This document shows, piece after piece, positions 18,835-30,898 of a stretch of 64,000 nucleotides of DNA; the stretch's first letter is position 1, and the number at the start of each line of letters is the position of its first letter. The notes below the pieces were generated by a model that was not told the DNA's origin, did not search any database, and was given only the letters and a program-made list of their open reading frames with translations. The translations under genes and the position numbers were made by a program. This DNA comes from an uncultured Gammaproteobacteria bacterium (GTDB taxonomy: Bacteria; Patescibacteriota; Patescibacteriia; UBA1558; GWA2-36-10), in assembly GCA_964633905.1 (NCBI GenBank), contig CAZWIT010000001.1, forward strand, positions 329 to 64,328, written 5' to 3'.

Positions 18835-18859
18835 CTCCCTGCATGCAGGGAGTTTTTTT
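18835..18859 (+). terminator. Intrinsic terminator after pilin 1
   Basis: ctccctgcatgcagggag hairpin followed by a tract of 7 T. Confidence 0.65.
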
Positions 18860-18867
18860 ATTATCTT

Positions 18868-18880
18868 AAATTTGCTATAC
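18868..18880 (+). promoter_or_regulatory. Pilin promoter motif, copy 2 (aaatttgctatac)
   Basis: Same motif as copies 1 and 3, with a TATACT -10 variant, lying 30-40 nt upstream of pilin 2. Confidence 0.45.
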
Positions 18881-18913
18881 TTAAAATAGAAAGGTAGTTA
18901 GTAAAATAATAAA

Positions 18914-19420
18914 ATGAAAAAAAATAAGGGTTTTACTTTAATTGAGCTATTAGTAGTTATTGGTATTATTGGTATCTTATCTTCTTTGTCGGTAATTGGT
19001 TTAAATGGTGCTCGTAGTAAAGCACGCGCTTCGGCTGTCCATGTGAATTTAATGTCTTTAACGGCTGCTATTCGAGTTTGTGTTGAAGGTGATGAAACAC
19101 TGCTTACTAGTAATCCACCCTCTCAGCTTAGTAGGTGCAATTATGGCTGTATTAATAGTTTTTGTGAGAATAAAATAACACCAGTACCAGTAATTGGTCA
19201 ACAAATTTGTCGTATTTCAACTAAAACTTGGCCAGATATTACTGATAACAATTGGGCATATACGCCGACCAATGGTGTTAGTGGTGATATTGGCTGTATA
19301 TCATCATCTACCATTGATCATTGGTTATTTAGAGCTGATGATAATAGTTCTGATAAATATATTACTTGTGATGAATTGGGCTGTAAATTATATAACTCAG
19401 GTGGTTATTTACCTAACTAG
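18914..19420 (+). CDS. Type IV pilin (paralogue 2)
   Basis: MKKNKG|FTLIELLVVIGIIGILSS leader. C-terminal WLFRADDNSSDKYITCDELGC, near-identical to the pilin 1 C-terminus. Confidence 0.85.
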   Translation: MKKNKGFTLIELLVVIGIIGILSSLSVIGLNGARSKARASAVHVNLMSLTAAIRVCVEGDETLLTSNPPSQLSRCNYGCINSFCENKITPVPVIGQQICRISTKTWPDITDNNWAYTPTNGVSGDIGCISSSTIDHWLFRADDNSSDKYITCDELGCKLYNSGGYLPN

Positions 19421-19435
19421 TTTTTATATTAGTTG

Positions 19436-19449
19436 AAATTTGCTATAAT
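19436..19449 (+). promoter_or_regulatory. Pilin promoter motif, copy 3 (aaatttgctataat)
   Basis: Exact repeat of copy 1, just upstream of pilin 3. Confidence 0.45.
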
Positions 19450-19456
19450 ATACTTA

Positions 19457-19864
19457 ATGAAATTAAATAATAAAGCTGGCTTTTCCTTAATAGAGATATT
19501 GGTAGTAATTGCTATTATTGGTATTTTGGCTGGTCGGCAAATTATAAATTTAAATCGAGCCCGGATTAAAGCTAAAATCGCTAATGTAGAGACCAGCTTG
19601 TCATCTTTAGTTTCTATTGGAGTTTTGTGCCAAGATAATGGTCAAGATATTATGGATGGATTCTTGCCTGCTCAGTATTGTAATAATAGTGTTTGGCAGC
19701 CAGAAGGTGAGTTTTGTGGTCCTGAAAATACTTGGCCAGTTTTACGTTATGGAGCAGTCGGCACTTGTACTAGTAATACAAGCACTAAAACTTTTTCCTT
19801 TTCAGCAATAGTTGAAGGTGTTACCATCACTTGTAATCAAAGTGGTTGTACTAAATCACCATAA
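19457..19864 (+). CDS. Type IV pilin-like protein (paralogue 3)
   Basis: MKLNNKAG|FSLIEILVVIAIIGILAG leader. Start moved to ATG 19457, in frame, because the track ORF begins upstream. Cys-containing C-terminal domain. Confidence 0.8.
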   Translation: MKLNNKAGFSLIEILVVIAIIGILAGRQIINLNRARIKAKIANVETSLSSLVSIGVLCQDNGQDIMDGFLPAQYCNNSVWQPEGEFCGPENTWPVLRYGAVGTCTSNTSTKTFSFSAIVEGVTITCNQSGCTKSP

Positions 19865-19866
19865 AT

Positions 19867-20295
19867 ATGTTTAATTATAGTAATAAAACAAAATTAATAG
19901 GCTTTGGAATTTTGACTGTTTTAATTGTTTTTGTTATTTGGCTAGTCAATTATGAAGATAGTCGTAGTCAGGATATCCTGATGATGTCGCAAAGTAAAAA
20001 TCTAGCCAATGGTTTAGAAAGATATTATAGTCAATTTAGATCATATCCAGAATCAGAAGCTACTAGTCTTGTTAATCTGCTTAGTCTTTCAGAGAATGGT
20101 TTTAATATAACCGGCACTGTAAACTACTGGTCTTTAGATCAGGATTGGTTAAGAGAAGGTATTTATCAGAGTGATGGGCAACAATATACTATTCAGTTTA
20201 ATTTAAATCATGGTTGGCAAGCTTTAGGTTTAAAATCAGGCGGTGGCTTATGTCAGCTTTTGACTGGAGTAGTGTGGCAGTGCGTTAGTCAATAA
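19867..20295 (+). CDS. Small membrane-anchored protein in the pilin cluster; possibly a divergent pilin-like protein lacking Glu5
   Basis: An N-terminal hydrophobic helix (LIGFGILTVLIVFVIWLV) but no G-F-T-L-I-E prepilin motif. One C-terminal Cys pair. Tightly packed after pilin 3. Confidence 0.35.
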   Translation: MFNYSNKTKLIGFGILTVLIVFVIWLVNYEDSRSQDILMMSQSKNLANGLERYYSQFRSYPESEATSLVNLLSLSENGFNITGTVNYWSLDQDWLREGIYQSDGQQYTIQFNLNHGWQALGLKSGGGLCQLLTGVVWQCVSQ

Positions 20296-20381
20296 TTTTT
20301 ATTAAATTAGGTCTAATTTTAGAATAATGATCATTGGTATTTGGCAATGACTTTTAGGGCCTATTATGGTATAATAAAACT

Positions 20382-21164
20382 ATGATTTACGGAATTATAG
20401 TTTTTATTTTTGGACTTTTTATTGGCAGTTTTTTGAATGTGGTTATTTATAGGCTGCATCGCCAAGAGTCTTTTATTAAAGGTTTTTCTAAGTGTTTATT
20501 TTGTGGTCACCGACTTTATCCTAAGGATTTGGTGCCTTTATTTAGTTTTGTTTGGCTGAAAGGAAAGTGTCGCTATTGTCAACACCATTTTTCTAAACAG
20601 TATTTTTTGGTAGAGCTCGCTACTGCTTTGGGTTTTCTTTTAATTTATTTTAAGTTTTTGCCAAATGGTTTAGAATTTGCAAGTAGTGCTGCTATTTGGC
20701 AATTATGGTTTAGCTTTAGCATGTTAGCTTTTTTAGTTATAATTTTTGTTTATGATTTTAAATATTATTTAATATTAGACTCGGTAGTATTACCAGCTAT
20801 TATTTTAGCTTTTATTTTTAATCTAAGTTTAGGGGCAAATTTTTTAAATTTATTATTGGCAGCAGTTTTAGCATCAGGCTTCTTTTTATTCCAATTCATA
20901 GTCTCTAAAGGCACTTGGATTGGTGGTGGTGATATTCGTCTCGGATTTTTAATGGGCGCGATTTTGGGCTGGACACAGGTTTTGACAGCTTTATTTCTAG
21001 CCTATATTATGGGCAGTATTTTTAGCATTGGTCTACTATTGAGCAAAAAGAAGCAAATGTCTGATAAGGTGCCTTTTGGGACTTTTTTAACTTTAGCCAC
21101 TTTTATTAGTATGTTATATGGCCCAGCGCTTTATAACTGGTATGTATCTTTATTTAATTACTAA
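20382..21164 (+). CDS. pilD: Prepilin peptidase PilD (A24 family)
   Basis: N-terminal tetracysteine CLFCGH...CRYCQH and a polytopic membrane domain with the two catalytic Asp regions (GGGDIRLG). Confidence 0.85.
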   Translation: MIYGIIVFIFGLFIGSFLNVVIYRLHRQESFIKGFSKCLFCGHRLYPKDLVPLFSFVWLKGKCRYCQHHFSKQYFLVELATALGFLLIYFKFLPNGLEFASSAAIWQLWFSFSMLAFLVIIFVYDFKYYLILDSVVLPAIILAFIFNLSLGANFLNLLLAAVLASGFFLFQFIVSKGTWIGGGDIRLGFLMGAILGWTQVLTALFLAYIMGSIFSIGLLLSKKKQMSDKVPFGTFLTLATFISMLYGPALYNWYVSLFNY

Positions 21165-21168
21165 TTAT

Positions 21169-21921
21169 ATGTTTTACAAAAACAATATTAAAAAAAATGG
21201 GTTTACTTTAGTTGAAATTTTGATAGTTATAGCTATAATGGCTACCTTATCAGTTTTATTCATAATTAGTATCAAGAGCACTATTCATCAGAATTTTAAT
21301 AAAGACATATATAATTTAACTAACGATTTTCGCTATGCGCGCAATTTAGCAGTATCTAGAACAGCATATGATGGGGGAGAGTATCCCGGCAAGTATGGCA
21401 TTCAGATGATTAATGGCAATGGCACTTCAGTTTCTGGTAGATATGTTCTTTATGCTGGCGATCGTTATCAAAATAAAATTATTAAAAGCGTTACGTTTAG
21501 TGATCCTAGATTTAGGATTGGCGATTTTAATGCTAGTACTACCATTGCTCAAAATAATTGGTCAGCTAATTTTGAATTTATTGATGAAAATACAGTTAAT
21601 ACATATAATTTAAATTTAAGTTCAGGTCAACAATATCAGATATTTTTACAGTATCCAGATGTTCAAGATGGTGTTAATGGCTATGTGCGAGCAGTAATAT
21701 TATTAGGCCAAAAGTCTGGTGATGATTTTGTCTGGGGTAATATTGGCAATTACGGCAGCTTTTCAGCTTTTCAGTGTCGTAACGGCATATTAGAACCAGG
21801 CGAAGAGTGTGATGATGGTAATAATATTGAAACTGATGCTTGTAGATATTGTGAGATTTATAATGTTCGTAATCCCAATGATCGCCCTATTGAAGGTGGT
21901 GGCGGTGGAATTTTTGAATAA
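21169..21921 (+). CDS. Minor pilin / pseudopilin carrying a C-terminal Myxococcus-type cysteine-rich repeat
   Basis: Leader KKNG|FTLVEILIVIAIMATLS. Start set at ATG 21169, just after the pilD stop. The C-terminus CRNGILEPGEECDDGNNIETDACRYCE matches the Cys-rich repeat consensus C-x-x-G-x-x-E-x-G-E-E-C-D-D-G-N. Confidence 0.75.
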   Translation: MFYKNNIKKNGFTLVEILIVIAIMATLSVLFIISIKSTIHQNFNKDIYNLTNDFRYARNLAVSRTAYDGGEYPGKYGIQMINGNGTSVSGRYVLYAGDRYQNKIIKSVTFSDPRFRIGDFNASTTIAQNNWSANFEFIDENTVNTYNLNLSSGQQYQIFLQYPDVQDGVNGYVRAVILLGQKSGDDFVWGNIGNYGSFSAFQCRNGILEPGEECDDGNNIETDACRYCEIYNVRNPNDRPIEGGGGGIFE

Positions 21922-21937
21922 TTGGTAATTTTATAAA

Positions 21938-22603
21938 GTGTATATAAGAAAGATAGACAATAAAAGTGGTTTTACTATTATAGAGGTTTTAGTTACCTTA
22001 CTAGTTTTTGCAATTGGTTTAGTGGCTATCTATACTTTGTCAGAATCTAATCTGAATTCTATCCGTAATAATTTTCGTAAAACTTTGGCTGCTAATTTAG
22101 GACGAGAAGCAATCGAGCTTATTCGTAATCAACGAGATAGTAATTGGTTGGCTATTGAGGCCAATGCTGATTGTGATCCTAGTGATGCTTCTATAATTTG
22201 TCTTTGGGACAATGGTCTTAAGGCGGATTACGTAACAGTTTCTTTTAATGAGTCTCAGCCAATTGTTTTAAGTTGTGCTAGCTTTGATGAATGTTTGGCT
22301 TTGCGAGAATCAAGGGTCTATGTGCACCAAGATAGCGAAAAATATTATGTCAGCAATCTATTGAATCCGCAGGACCCAATAGATGTTTATACTAGTATGA
22401 ATAGAGTAGTTAGACTACAAGCTATTTGTCGGGATATTAGTAAAGACCTAAATGATGCTGGTGGTCAGGAAAGTGTTAGTAATTTATCGGAATGTTTAAG
22501 TGGCACCAAGGTTGGTGTCCAGGCTACTGTACGTTTGCAGTGGTATTCTTTAAATAAAAAACAATCGTTAGATATTGTTGAAAAAATATATAACTGGCGT
22601 TAG
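21938..22603 (+). CDS. PilV-like minor pilin
   Basis: Leader KSG|FTIIEVLVTLLVFAIGLVAIY, which is the PilV-type N-terminus. Confidence 0.65.
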   Translation: MYIRKIDNKSGFTIIEVLVTLLVFAIGLVAIYTLSESNLNSIRNNFRKTLAANLGREAIELIRNQRDSNWLAIEANADCDPSDASIICLWDNGLKADYVTVSFNESQPIVLSCASFDECLALRESRVYVHQDSEKYYVSNLLNPQDPIDVYTSMNRVVRLQAICRDISKDLNDAGGQESVSNLSECLSGTKVGVQATVRLQWYSLNKKQSLDIVEKIYNWR

Positions 22604-22604
22604 T

Positions 22605-23231
22605 ATGTTTAGTGGTTTGGATAGACAAAAAAATAAGGGCTTTACTTTGGTGGAAATTTTAGTTGCCATTGCTGTTTTTGCAATGCTTTCGACTATTTTT
22701 ACAATGATTTATGTACTCATTTCTCAAAATCAACATCGAGCTAAAGCATCGCAATTGCTTTTAAATAATTCACTTTACGCTTTAGAGATAATAGCTCAAG
22801 ATCTAAAAAATAATGAGTTAGATTACAATTTTATTTTGCCTGATAATGATCCGAATCGGCCTGACTGCAGCTCTTTAAACTGCATGGTCTTTAAAAGAAT
22901 AGATGGTTCTTTGGCAATTTATTCAAATCCGGATTGGGCAAATGATTCTCTTTTTTATGGTGTCTATACTTGTGATCCTTATCCAGATATTTGTATTGTA
23001 GAAAATATAAATTTAGTAGAAATTTTATCACCTCGCTTAAATCATGTTAAGGTTGATTATTTGCATTTTTTTGTAGAGCCAGTAACAGCTGATCCTTATT
23101 TAAGTCAGACAGTCAATATTAGCCCTAGGGTAACTATTGTTTTAAAGACTAGCTACTATAGTCAAGTTGAATCAGAACAAATTAGTTATACTTTACAAAC
23201 TACAGTTTCTTCTCGTATTTATAAACGTTAA
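22605..23231 (+). CDS. PilW-like minor pilin
   Basis: Leader KNKG|FTLVEILVAIAVFAMLS. Start placed at ATG 22605, directly after the upstream stop. Confidence 0.6.
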   Translation: MFSGLDRQKNKGFTLVEILVAIAVFAMLSTIFTMIYVLISQNQHRAKASQLLLNNSLYALEIIAQDLKNNELDYNFILPDNDPNRPDCSSLNCMVFKRIDGSLAIYSNPDWANDSLFYGVYTCDPYPDICIVENINLVEILSPRLNHVKVDYLHFFVEPVTADPYLSQTVNISPRVTIVLKTSYYSQVESEQISYTLQTTVSSRIYKR

Positions 23232-23234
23232 TTT

Positions 23235-26215
<2,981 letters not shown>

Positions 26216-26225
26216 AATAAAAATT

Positions 26226-26813
26226 ATGTCATGGTTAGTAACTAATATTTACATTTTTATTCTAGCAATATTTTTAGCTATTTTAGAAATACAGATAGAA
26301 GGGCCACATGGTTGGGCAAGAAATTTACCTACTTGGCGTCCAAAAAGCAAGGGCTTAATTTTGCGTTTTTATCAAAAATTAATGAGTGATCGGGAAGCTA
26401 CGGGCTATCATATGGTAATGTTTACTTTTGTATTATTGATTTTTCATTTGCCTTATGTCTTTGGGCTTAGTATTAGTTGGGAGCATTGGTTGCAGACCAT
26501 GTCTTATTTTTTTATATTTGTAGTTTTATGGGATTTTCTCTGGTTTGTATTAAATCCGCATTATCCTTTAAAACAATTTAAAAAAGAGCATATTTGGTGG
26601 CATAAACGTTGGCGTTTGGGCTTACCAGTTGATTACTATGGTAGTGTAATACTTTCTTTAATGATCTTATTACCTTTTATTTGGGTGCATAGCGATTTGT
26701 CTTTGCTTATTTGGTGGCTGGCTAATATAGGGGCTTTTTTAGTAGAAACTTTGCTTTTGATTTCATTTACTTTATATGTTTTAAAAATTGATAATTGGCA
26801 CAATAAAAAATAG
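26226..26813 (+). CDS. Polytopic membrane protein of unknown function
   Basis: Four to five hydrophobic helices, Trp-rich, no recognisable motifs. Confidence 0.5.
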   Translation: MSWLVTNIYIFILAIFLAILEIQIEGPHGWARNLPTWRPKSKGLILRFYQKLMSDREATGYHMVMFTFVLLIFHLPYVFGLSISWEHWLQTMSYFFIFVVLWDFLWFVLNPHYPLKQFKKEHIWWHKRWRLGLPVDYYGSVILSLMILLPFIWVHSDLSLLIWWLANIGAFLVETLLLISFTLYVLKIDNWHNKK

Positions 26814-26849
26814 CTTGCCAGTGTCTATAATATTGGTTAAGATTAGCTT

Positions 26850-27137
26850 ATGGGATTTGATAAAAAGGAAATTTTAGCATTAGCCGCTTTGGCAAAATTG
26901 AATTTGAGTGAGCAAGAAATTAAGGGTTATCAGCAACAATTAGCTGAGGTTTTAGCTTATGTTAATAAAATAAAAAAGATTAAATTAGATCAGCCAAAGG
27001 CTACTTTTGCCAATTTAGAAATAAATAATTTAGAGCTAAGACCCGATACTGTTAGTTCTAGCGATGGGCAAGTTTTTAAACAAGCTCATAATATTAGCAA
27101 GGATTATTTAGTGGCACCAAACGTTTTTAAAAAATAA
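26850..27137 (+). CDS. gatC: Asp-tRNA(Asn)/Glu-tRNA(Gln) amidotransferase subunit C
   Basis: 95 aa, immediately upstream of gatA. Typical GatC size and helical character. Confidence 0.8.
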   Translation: MGFDKKEILALAALAKLNLSEQEIKGYQQQLAEVLAYVNKIKKIKLDQPKATFANLEINNLELRPDTVSSSDGQVFKQAHNISKDYLVAPNVFKK

Positions 27138-27138
27138 T

Positions 27139-28578
27139 ATGGCTATTGATGATATAAAAAATTTAACTATTGATAAAATTCAGGCTGGGTTTAAGGCTAA
27201 AGATTTTTCTTGTTTAGAAATCACCCAAGCTTATTTAAAAGCTATCAAGAAAGACCAGACAAATTCTTTTATTAGTATTAATGAACAAGCTGAACAAGAA
27301 GCTAAAAAAATTGACCAATTAATGGCTAATAAAAAAGTTCACGTTTTAACAGGCGTGCCTATAGCCATTAAAGATATTATTTTGGTAAAAGATTTAAAAG
27401 CAACGGCCGCTTCTAAAATATTAGAAAATTATACTGCTCCTTTTACAGCTACGGCTGTGGCGCGTTTACAGGAAAAGGGGATGATTGTTTTGGGCAAAAC
27501 TAATTGTGATGAATTTGCCATGGGTTCTTCTAATGAGAATTCTAGTTTTGGACCAGTAAAAAATCCTTTGGACTTAAAACGGGTTCCGGGTGGTTCTTCT
27601 GGTGGTTCGGCAGCAGCGGTGGCTGCTAATTTAGCCCCAGTAGCCTTAGGCACTGATACTGGTGGTTCAATTAGGCAACCAGCGTCTTTCTGTGGCCTGG
27701 TTGGCCTTAAACCTACTTATGGCAGAGTATCGCGTTATGGCTCAATGGCTATGGCTTCTTCGCTTGATCAGATCGGCCCCCTGACCAGATCGGTAAAAGA
27801 CGCAGCTTATTTATTACAGATTATGGCTGGTGCTGATAAAAAAGACGCCACCACTTTAAAGGCAATAGTGCCAGACTATTTGGCTAATATTGATAAAGTA
27901 AATAAAAATTTACGCTTAGGTTTACCTAAGGAATACTTTGGTAAAGGTTTGAATCCAGAAATTAGCCAGAGCATTAAACAAGTCATAAATTTTCTAAAAA
28001 AACAGGGCTTTAAGATAAAAGAAGTTAGTTTACCTAGTACAGATTATGCTCTAGCTGCTTATTATCTATTAATGCCAGCCGAGGTGAGCTCTAATTTAGC
28101 TCGTTTTGATGGCTTGCTTTATGGTCTGAGCGCTAAGAGTAATTTGAATTTAGATGATTGGTATAAACAAGTGCGCTCAAAGGGTTTTAGTGCCGAAAGT
28201 AAGCGTAGAATTATTTTAGGCACTTATATTTTATCAGCTGGATATTATGATGCTTATTATAAGCAGGCACAAAGAGTGCGAACTATGATAAAACAAGACT
28301 ATGCTAAAGTTTTTAAAGAAGTAGATGTATTACTGACACCAGCAACCCCGACCACAGCTTTTAAATTAGGAGAAAAAACAAAAGATCCTTTAGATATGTA
28401 TTTATCAGATGTTTACACAGTGTCAGCAAATATTGCTGGTATTTGTGGCTTAGTTGTGCCTATTGCTCAAGATAAAAACAAATTACCCATTGGTCTACAG
28501 CTTTTATCTAGTCAATTATCAGAAGAAAAATTATTTAATTTAGGAAATTATTTAGAAAAAACATATGAGCTTAAATAA
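27139..28578 (+). CDS. gatA: Glutamyl-tRNA(Gln) amidotransferase subunit A
   Basis: Amidase signature GGSSGGSAAAVAA with catalytic Ser-cisSer-Lys context. Length 479 aa. Confidence 0.9.
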   Translation: MAIDDIKNLTIDKIQAGFKAKDFSCLEITQAYLKAIKKDQTNSFISINEQAEQEAKKIDQLMANKKVHVLTGVPIAIKDIILVKDLKATAASKILENYTAPFTATAVARLQEKGMIVLGKTNCDEFAMGSSNENSSFGPVKNPLDLKRVPGGSSGGSAAAVAANLAPVALGTDTGGSIRQPASFCGLVGLKPTYGRVSRYGSMAMASSLDQIGPLTRSVKDAAYLLQIMAGADKKDATTLKAIVPDYLANIDKVNKNLRLGLPKEYFGKGLNPEISQSIKQVINFLKKQGFKIKEVSLPSTDYALAAYYLLMPAEVSSNLARFDGLLYGLSAKSNLNLDDWYKQVRSKGFSAESKRRIILGTYILSAGYYDAYYKQAQRVRTMIKQDYAKVFKEVDVLLTPATPTTAFKLGEKTKDPLDMYLSDVYTVSANIAGICGLVVPIAQDKNKLPIGLQLLSSQLSEEKLFNLGNYLEKTYELK

Positions 28579-29353
28579 TAGAGTTAGGCAACGTCTAGCC
28601 GATGAAGTGGCAAAAAGTTATTATAAGTCTTGGCATAAGCGTTGGTGGGGCAGATTATTAATGCTACTATTAGTATTGCTTGCTATTGTTTTTATTTATT
28701 TTTTATTTTTGATTTTTAATAATATTAATCACATCAGAAAAGGTGATATCTATTCTAAAGAAACAGCTGCTTGGGTTACGGAAGATGAGTTTAAAGCTAA
28801 TCAAAAAATTACAGCCGAACTTTTAACTGATGATGATCCATGGCTTGGTGCCGAAGATCCAATAATATATATTGTTGCTTATGAATCTTTTGGCTGTCCC
28901 TATTGTAAAGATAATCAAACAGATATTAAACAATTATTACAAAAATTTAGTCCTATTGTACGTTTTATAGCCAAAGATTTTCCTAATGAAGGCACGCATC
29001 CTAATGTCATGAATGCTCACTTAGCTGCCGCTTGCGCTAATGAGCAGGGTAAATATTGGGAACTTAGAGATGTTTTATATGCTAATCAAGCTACTGAAGA
29101 AACTCCAGAGAATTTTTCTAAAGAAAATATTAAGAAATTAGCCAAAGAAAACGGTCTTAATATGCAGCAATTTACTAAGTGTTTAGACGAAGAAAAATAT
29201 TCTCAAGAAATTAGACAAGATTTTGCTAGCGGTGTGCAGATTGGAGTTGTGGGCACGCCTTCTTATATGATTAATGGTAATGTGATTCCTGGTGAAATCA
29301 AGTTTGATATTTGGGAAAAAATTATTGGCTATATTATAAAAAACGAACAATAA
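28565..29353 (+). CDS. DsbA-like thiol:disulfide oxidoreductase (membrane-anchored thioredoxin fold)
   Basis: N-terminal TM anchor and a CPYC active-site motif in a thioredoxin-like domain. Confidence 0.75.
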   Translation: MSLNNRVRQRLADEVAKSYYKSWHKRWWGRLLMLLLVLLAIVFIYFLFLIFNNINHIRKGDIYSKETAAWVTEDEFKANQKITAELLTDDDPWLGAEDPIIYIVAYESFGCPYCKDNQTDIKQLLQKFSPIVRFIAKDFPNEGTHPNVMNAHLAAACANEQGKYWELRDVLYANQATEETPENFSKENIKKLAKENGLNMQQFTKCLDEEKYSQEIRQDFASGVQIGVVGTPSYMINGNVIPGEIKFDIWEKIIGYIIKNEQ

Positions 29354-29354
29354 A

Positions 29355-30161
29355 ATGATGTGGTGGCATAATTTTTTACCCCAAGCTACTATTTTTACTA
29401 TTGGCGAAGTATCTATTCGTTGGTATGGTTTGATTTTAGTTAGCAGTATAATACTGGCCGCTATTTATGCAGGGCGAACTTTTATTAAGCGTAATTTATT
29501 AAATTGGTCTCAATTTGAAGATTTAATTTTTTATTTAATTATTTTTAGTTTAATAGGAGCTAGGCTTGGTCACGTGCTTTATAGTTGGCCTTATTATCTT
29601 CATAATTTTTCAGATATTATAAAAATTTGGCAAGGTGGTATTTCTATTCAAGGAGCGACTCTGGCAGGTGTTTTGACTTTGTTTTGGTGGTGCAAAAAAC
29701 ATTCTTATAAGTTTTATGCATTAAGCGATGTGTTAGTAGTCAGTCTTGCTTTAGGACAAGCCTTGGGGCGTTGGGGTAACTATTTCAATCAAGAGCTATA
29801 CGGTAAACCTAGTGACGCTTGGTTTAGTATACCGATTGCCATGGAAAATAGATTTTTCCCTTATTATGATTTTACTCATTTTCAGCCCGTATTTTTTTAT
29901 GAGTCTATTCTTAATTTCCTTTTATTTGCTATTTTACATGTTTTAAGACAATTATTTGTTAATAAACAAGGTTTAGTAACCTGGGTTTATTTAGGGGCTT
30001 ATGGACTTATTAGGTTTGTAATGGAATTTATTAGGATAGATGATACGATGTTAATAGGGATTTGGCGTTTGCCACAGGTTTTTAGCCTATTGTTATTTTT
30101 ATTGGCTTTATTTTGGGTTTATTTTTATTATCTAAGGCCCTTGCCAAAAATGAAAAAATAG
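29355..30161 (+). CDS. lgt: Prolipoprotein diacylglyceryl transferase
   Basis: Lgt signature region GNYFNQELYG; polytopic; 268 aa. Confidence 0.85.
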   Translation: MMWWHNFLPQATIFTIGEVSIRWYGLILVSSIILAAIYAGRTFIKRNLLNWSQFEDLIFYLIIFSLIGARLGHVLYSWPYYLHNFSDIIKIWQGGISIQGATLAGVLTLFWWCKKHSYKFYALSDVLVVSLALGQALGRWGNYFNQELYGKPSDAWFSIPIAMENRFFPYYDFTHFQPVFFYESILNFLLFAILHVLRQLFVNKQGLVTWVYLGAYGLIRFVMEFIRIDDTMLIGIWRLPQVFSLLLFLLALFWVYFYYLRPLPKMKK

Positions 30162-30282
30162 GTTAATATATTGATGTTTTTTACGCGGGCTCGCCTCGCG
30201 GCGAAGCTTATAGTATTATAAGTAGCTTGGTCAGAAAAACAGACAATTTGTTTATTAATCCAGTTTTTATTTTTTAATACGC

Positions 30283-30359
30283 GGGGTCGTAGTTCAGTTG
30301 GTTAGAACGTCTGCCTGTCACGCAGAAGGTCGCGGGTTCGAGTCCCGTCGATCCCGCCA
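30283..30359 (+). tRNA. tRNA-Asp(GTC)
   Basis: GGGGTCG acceptor stem, anticodon loop CUGUCAC, GGTTCGAGTCC T-arm and an encoded CCA. Near-identical to the E. coli tRNA-Asp core. Confidence 0.9.
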
Positions 30360-30380
30360 GATATTTGTATAAAGATTAAT

Positions 30381-30857
30381 ATGAAAAAAGAATTTGGCCC
30401 AGAGAGCGGTGAAATTAATAATAACCAGCAATCTGAACAAGAGGCCAATTTTTTATTAGCTGATAAAAATTTAGAAAATATTTTAGTTAAGATCGGTAAG
30501 ATTGAGGGCCAAGAGTGGGTAGAAAGACAGAGGCAATCATTTAGTGATAGCGATGCTGATGATTTTTACAGTTTAGGTCACGCTTTAAAAGCAGTAATAA
30601 GAGCAGGAGCTGATCTTGAGGTTTTGCGTCAGGAATTTGATATAGAGACCGATCAAGAAGAAAGACAATATTTAAGCGATGAAATAGAAAAGATCAAAAG
30701 TGGCCACGGTGCGGTTATTGCTGAAATTTATGGGGCTAATGGTTTTAATAGGTATTATGTGCGTTCTAATGGTGAAATTATTTTATCGTCTCAGCATATC
30801 GTGGGCGGAAATAGAGTTTTAGATTTAGCTAAGGAAATAGGTTTAAAAGTAGAATAA
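30381..30857 (+). CDS. Hypothetical acidic cytoplasmic protein
   Basis: 158 aa with no recognisable motifs. Located directly downstream of tRNA-Asp. Confidence 0.5.
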   Translation: MKKEFGPESGEINNNQQSEQEANFLLADKNLENILVKIGKIEGQEWVERQRQSFSDSDADDFYSLGHALKAVIRAGADLEVLRQEFDIETDQEERQYLSDEIEKIKSGHGAVIAEIYGANGFNRYYVRSNGEIILSSQHIVGGNRVLDLAKEIGLKVE

Positions 30858-30859
30858 GT

Positions 30860-30883
30860 AAATCGCGTTAAACGCGATTTTTT
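30860..30883 (+). terminator. Intrinsic terminator
   Basis: aaatcgcgtt-taa-acgcgattt hairpin followed by a T-run. Confidence 0.65.
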
Positions 30884-30898
30884 GATATAATAAAAAAT

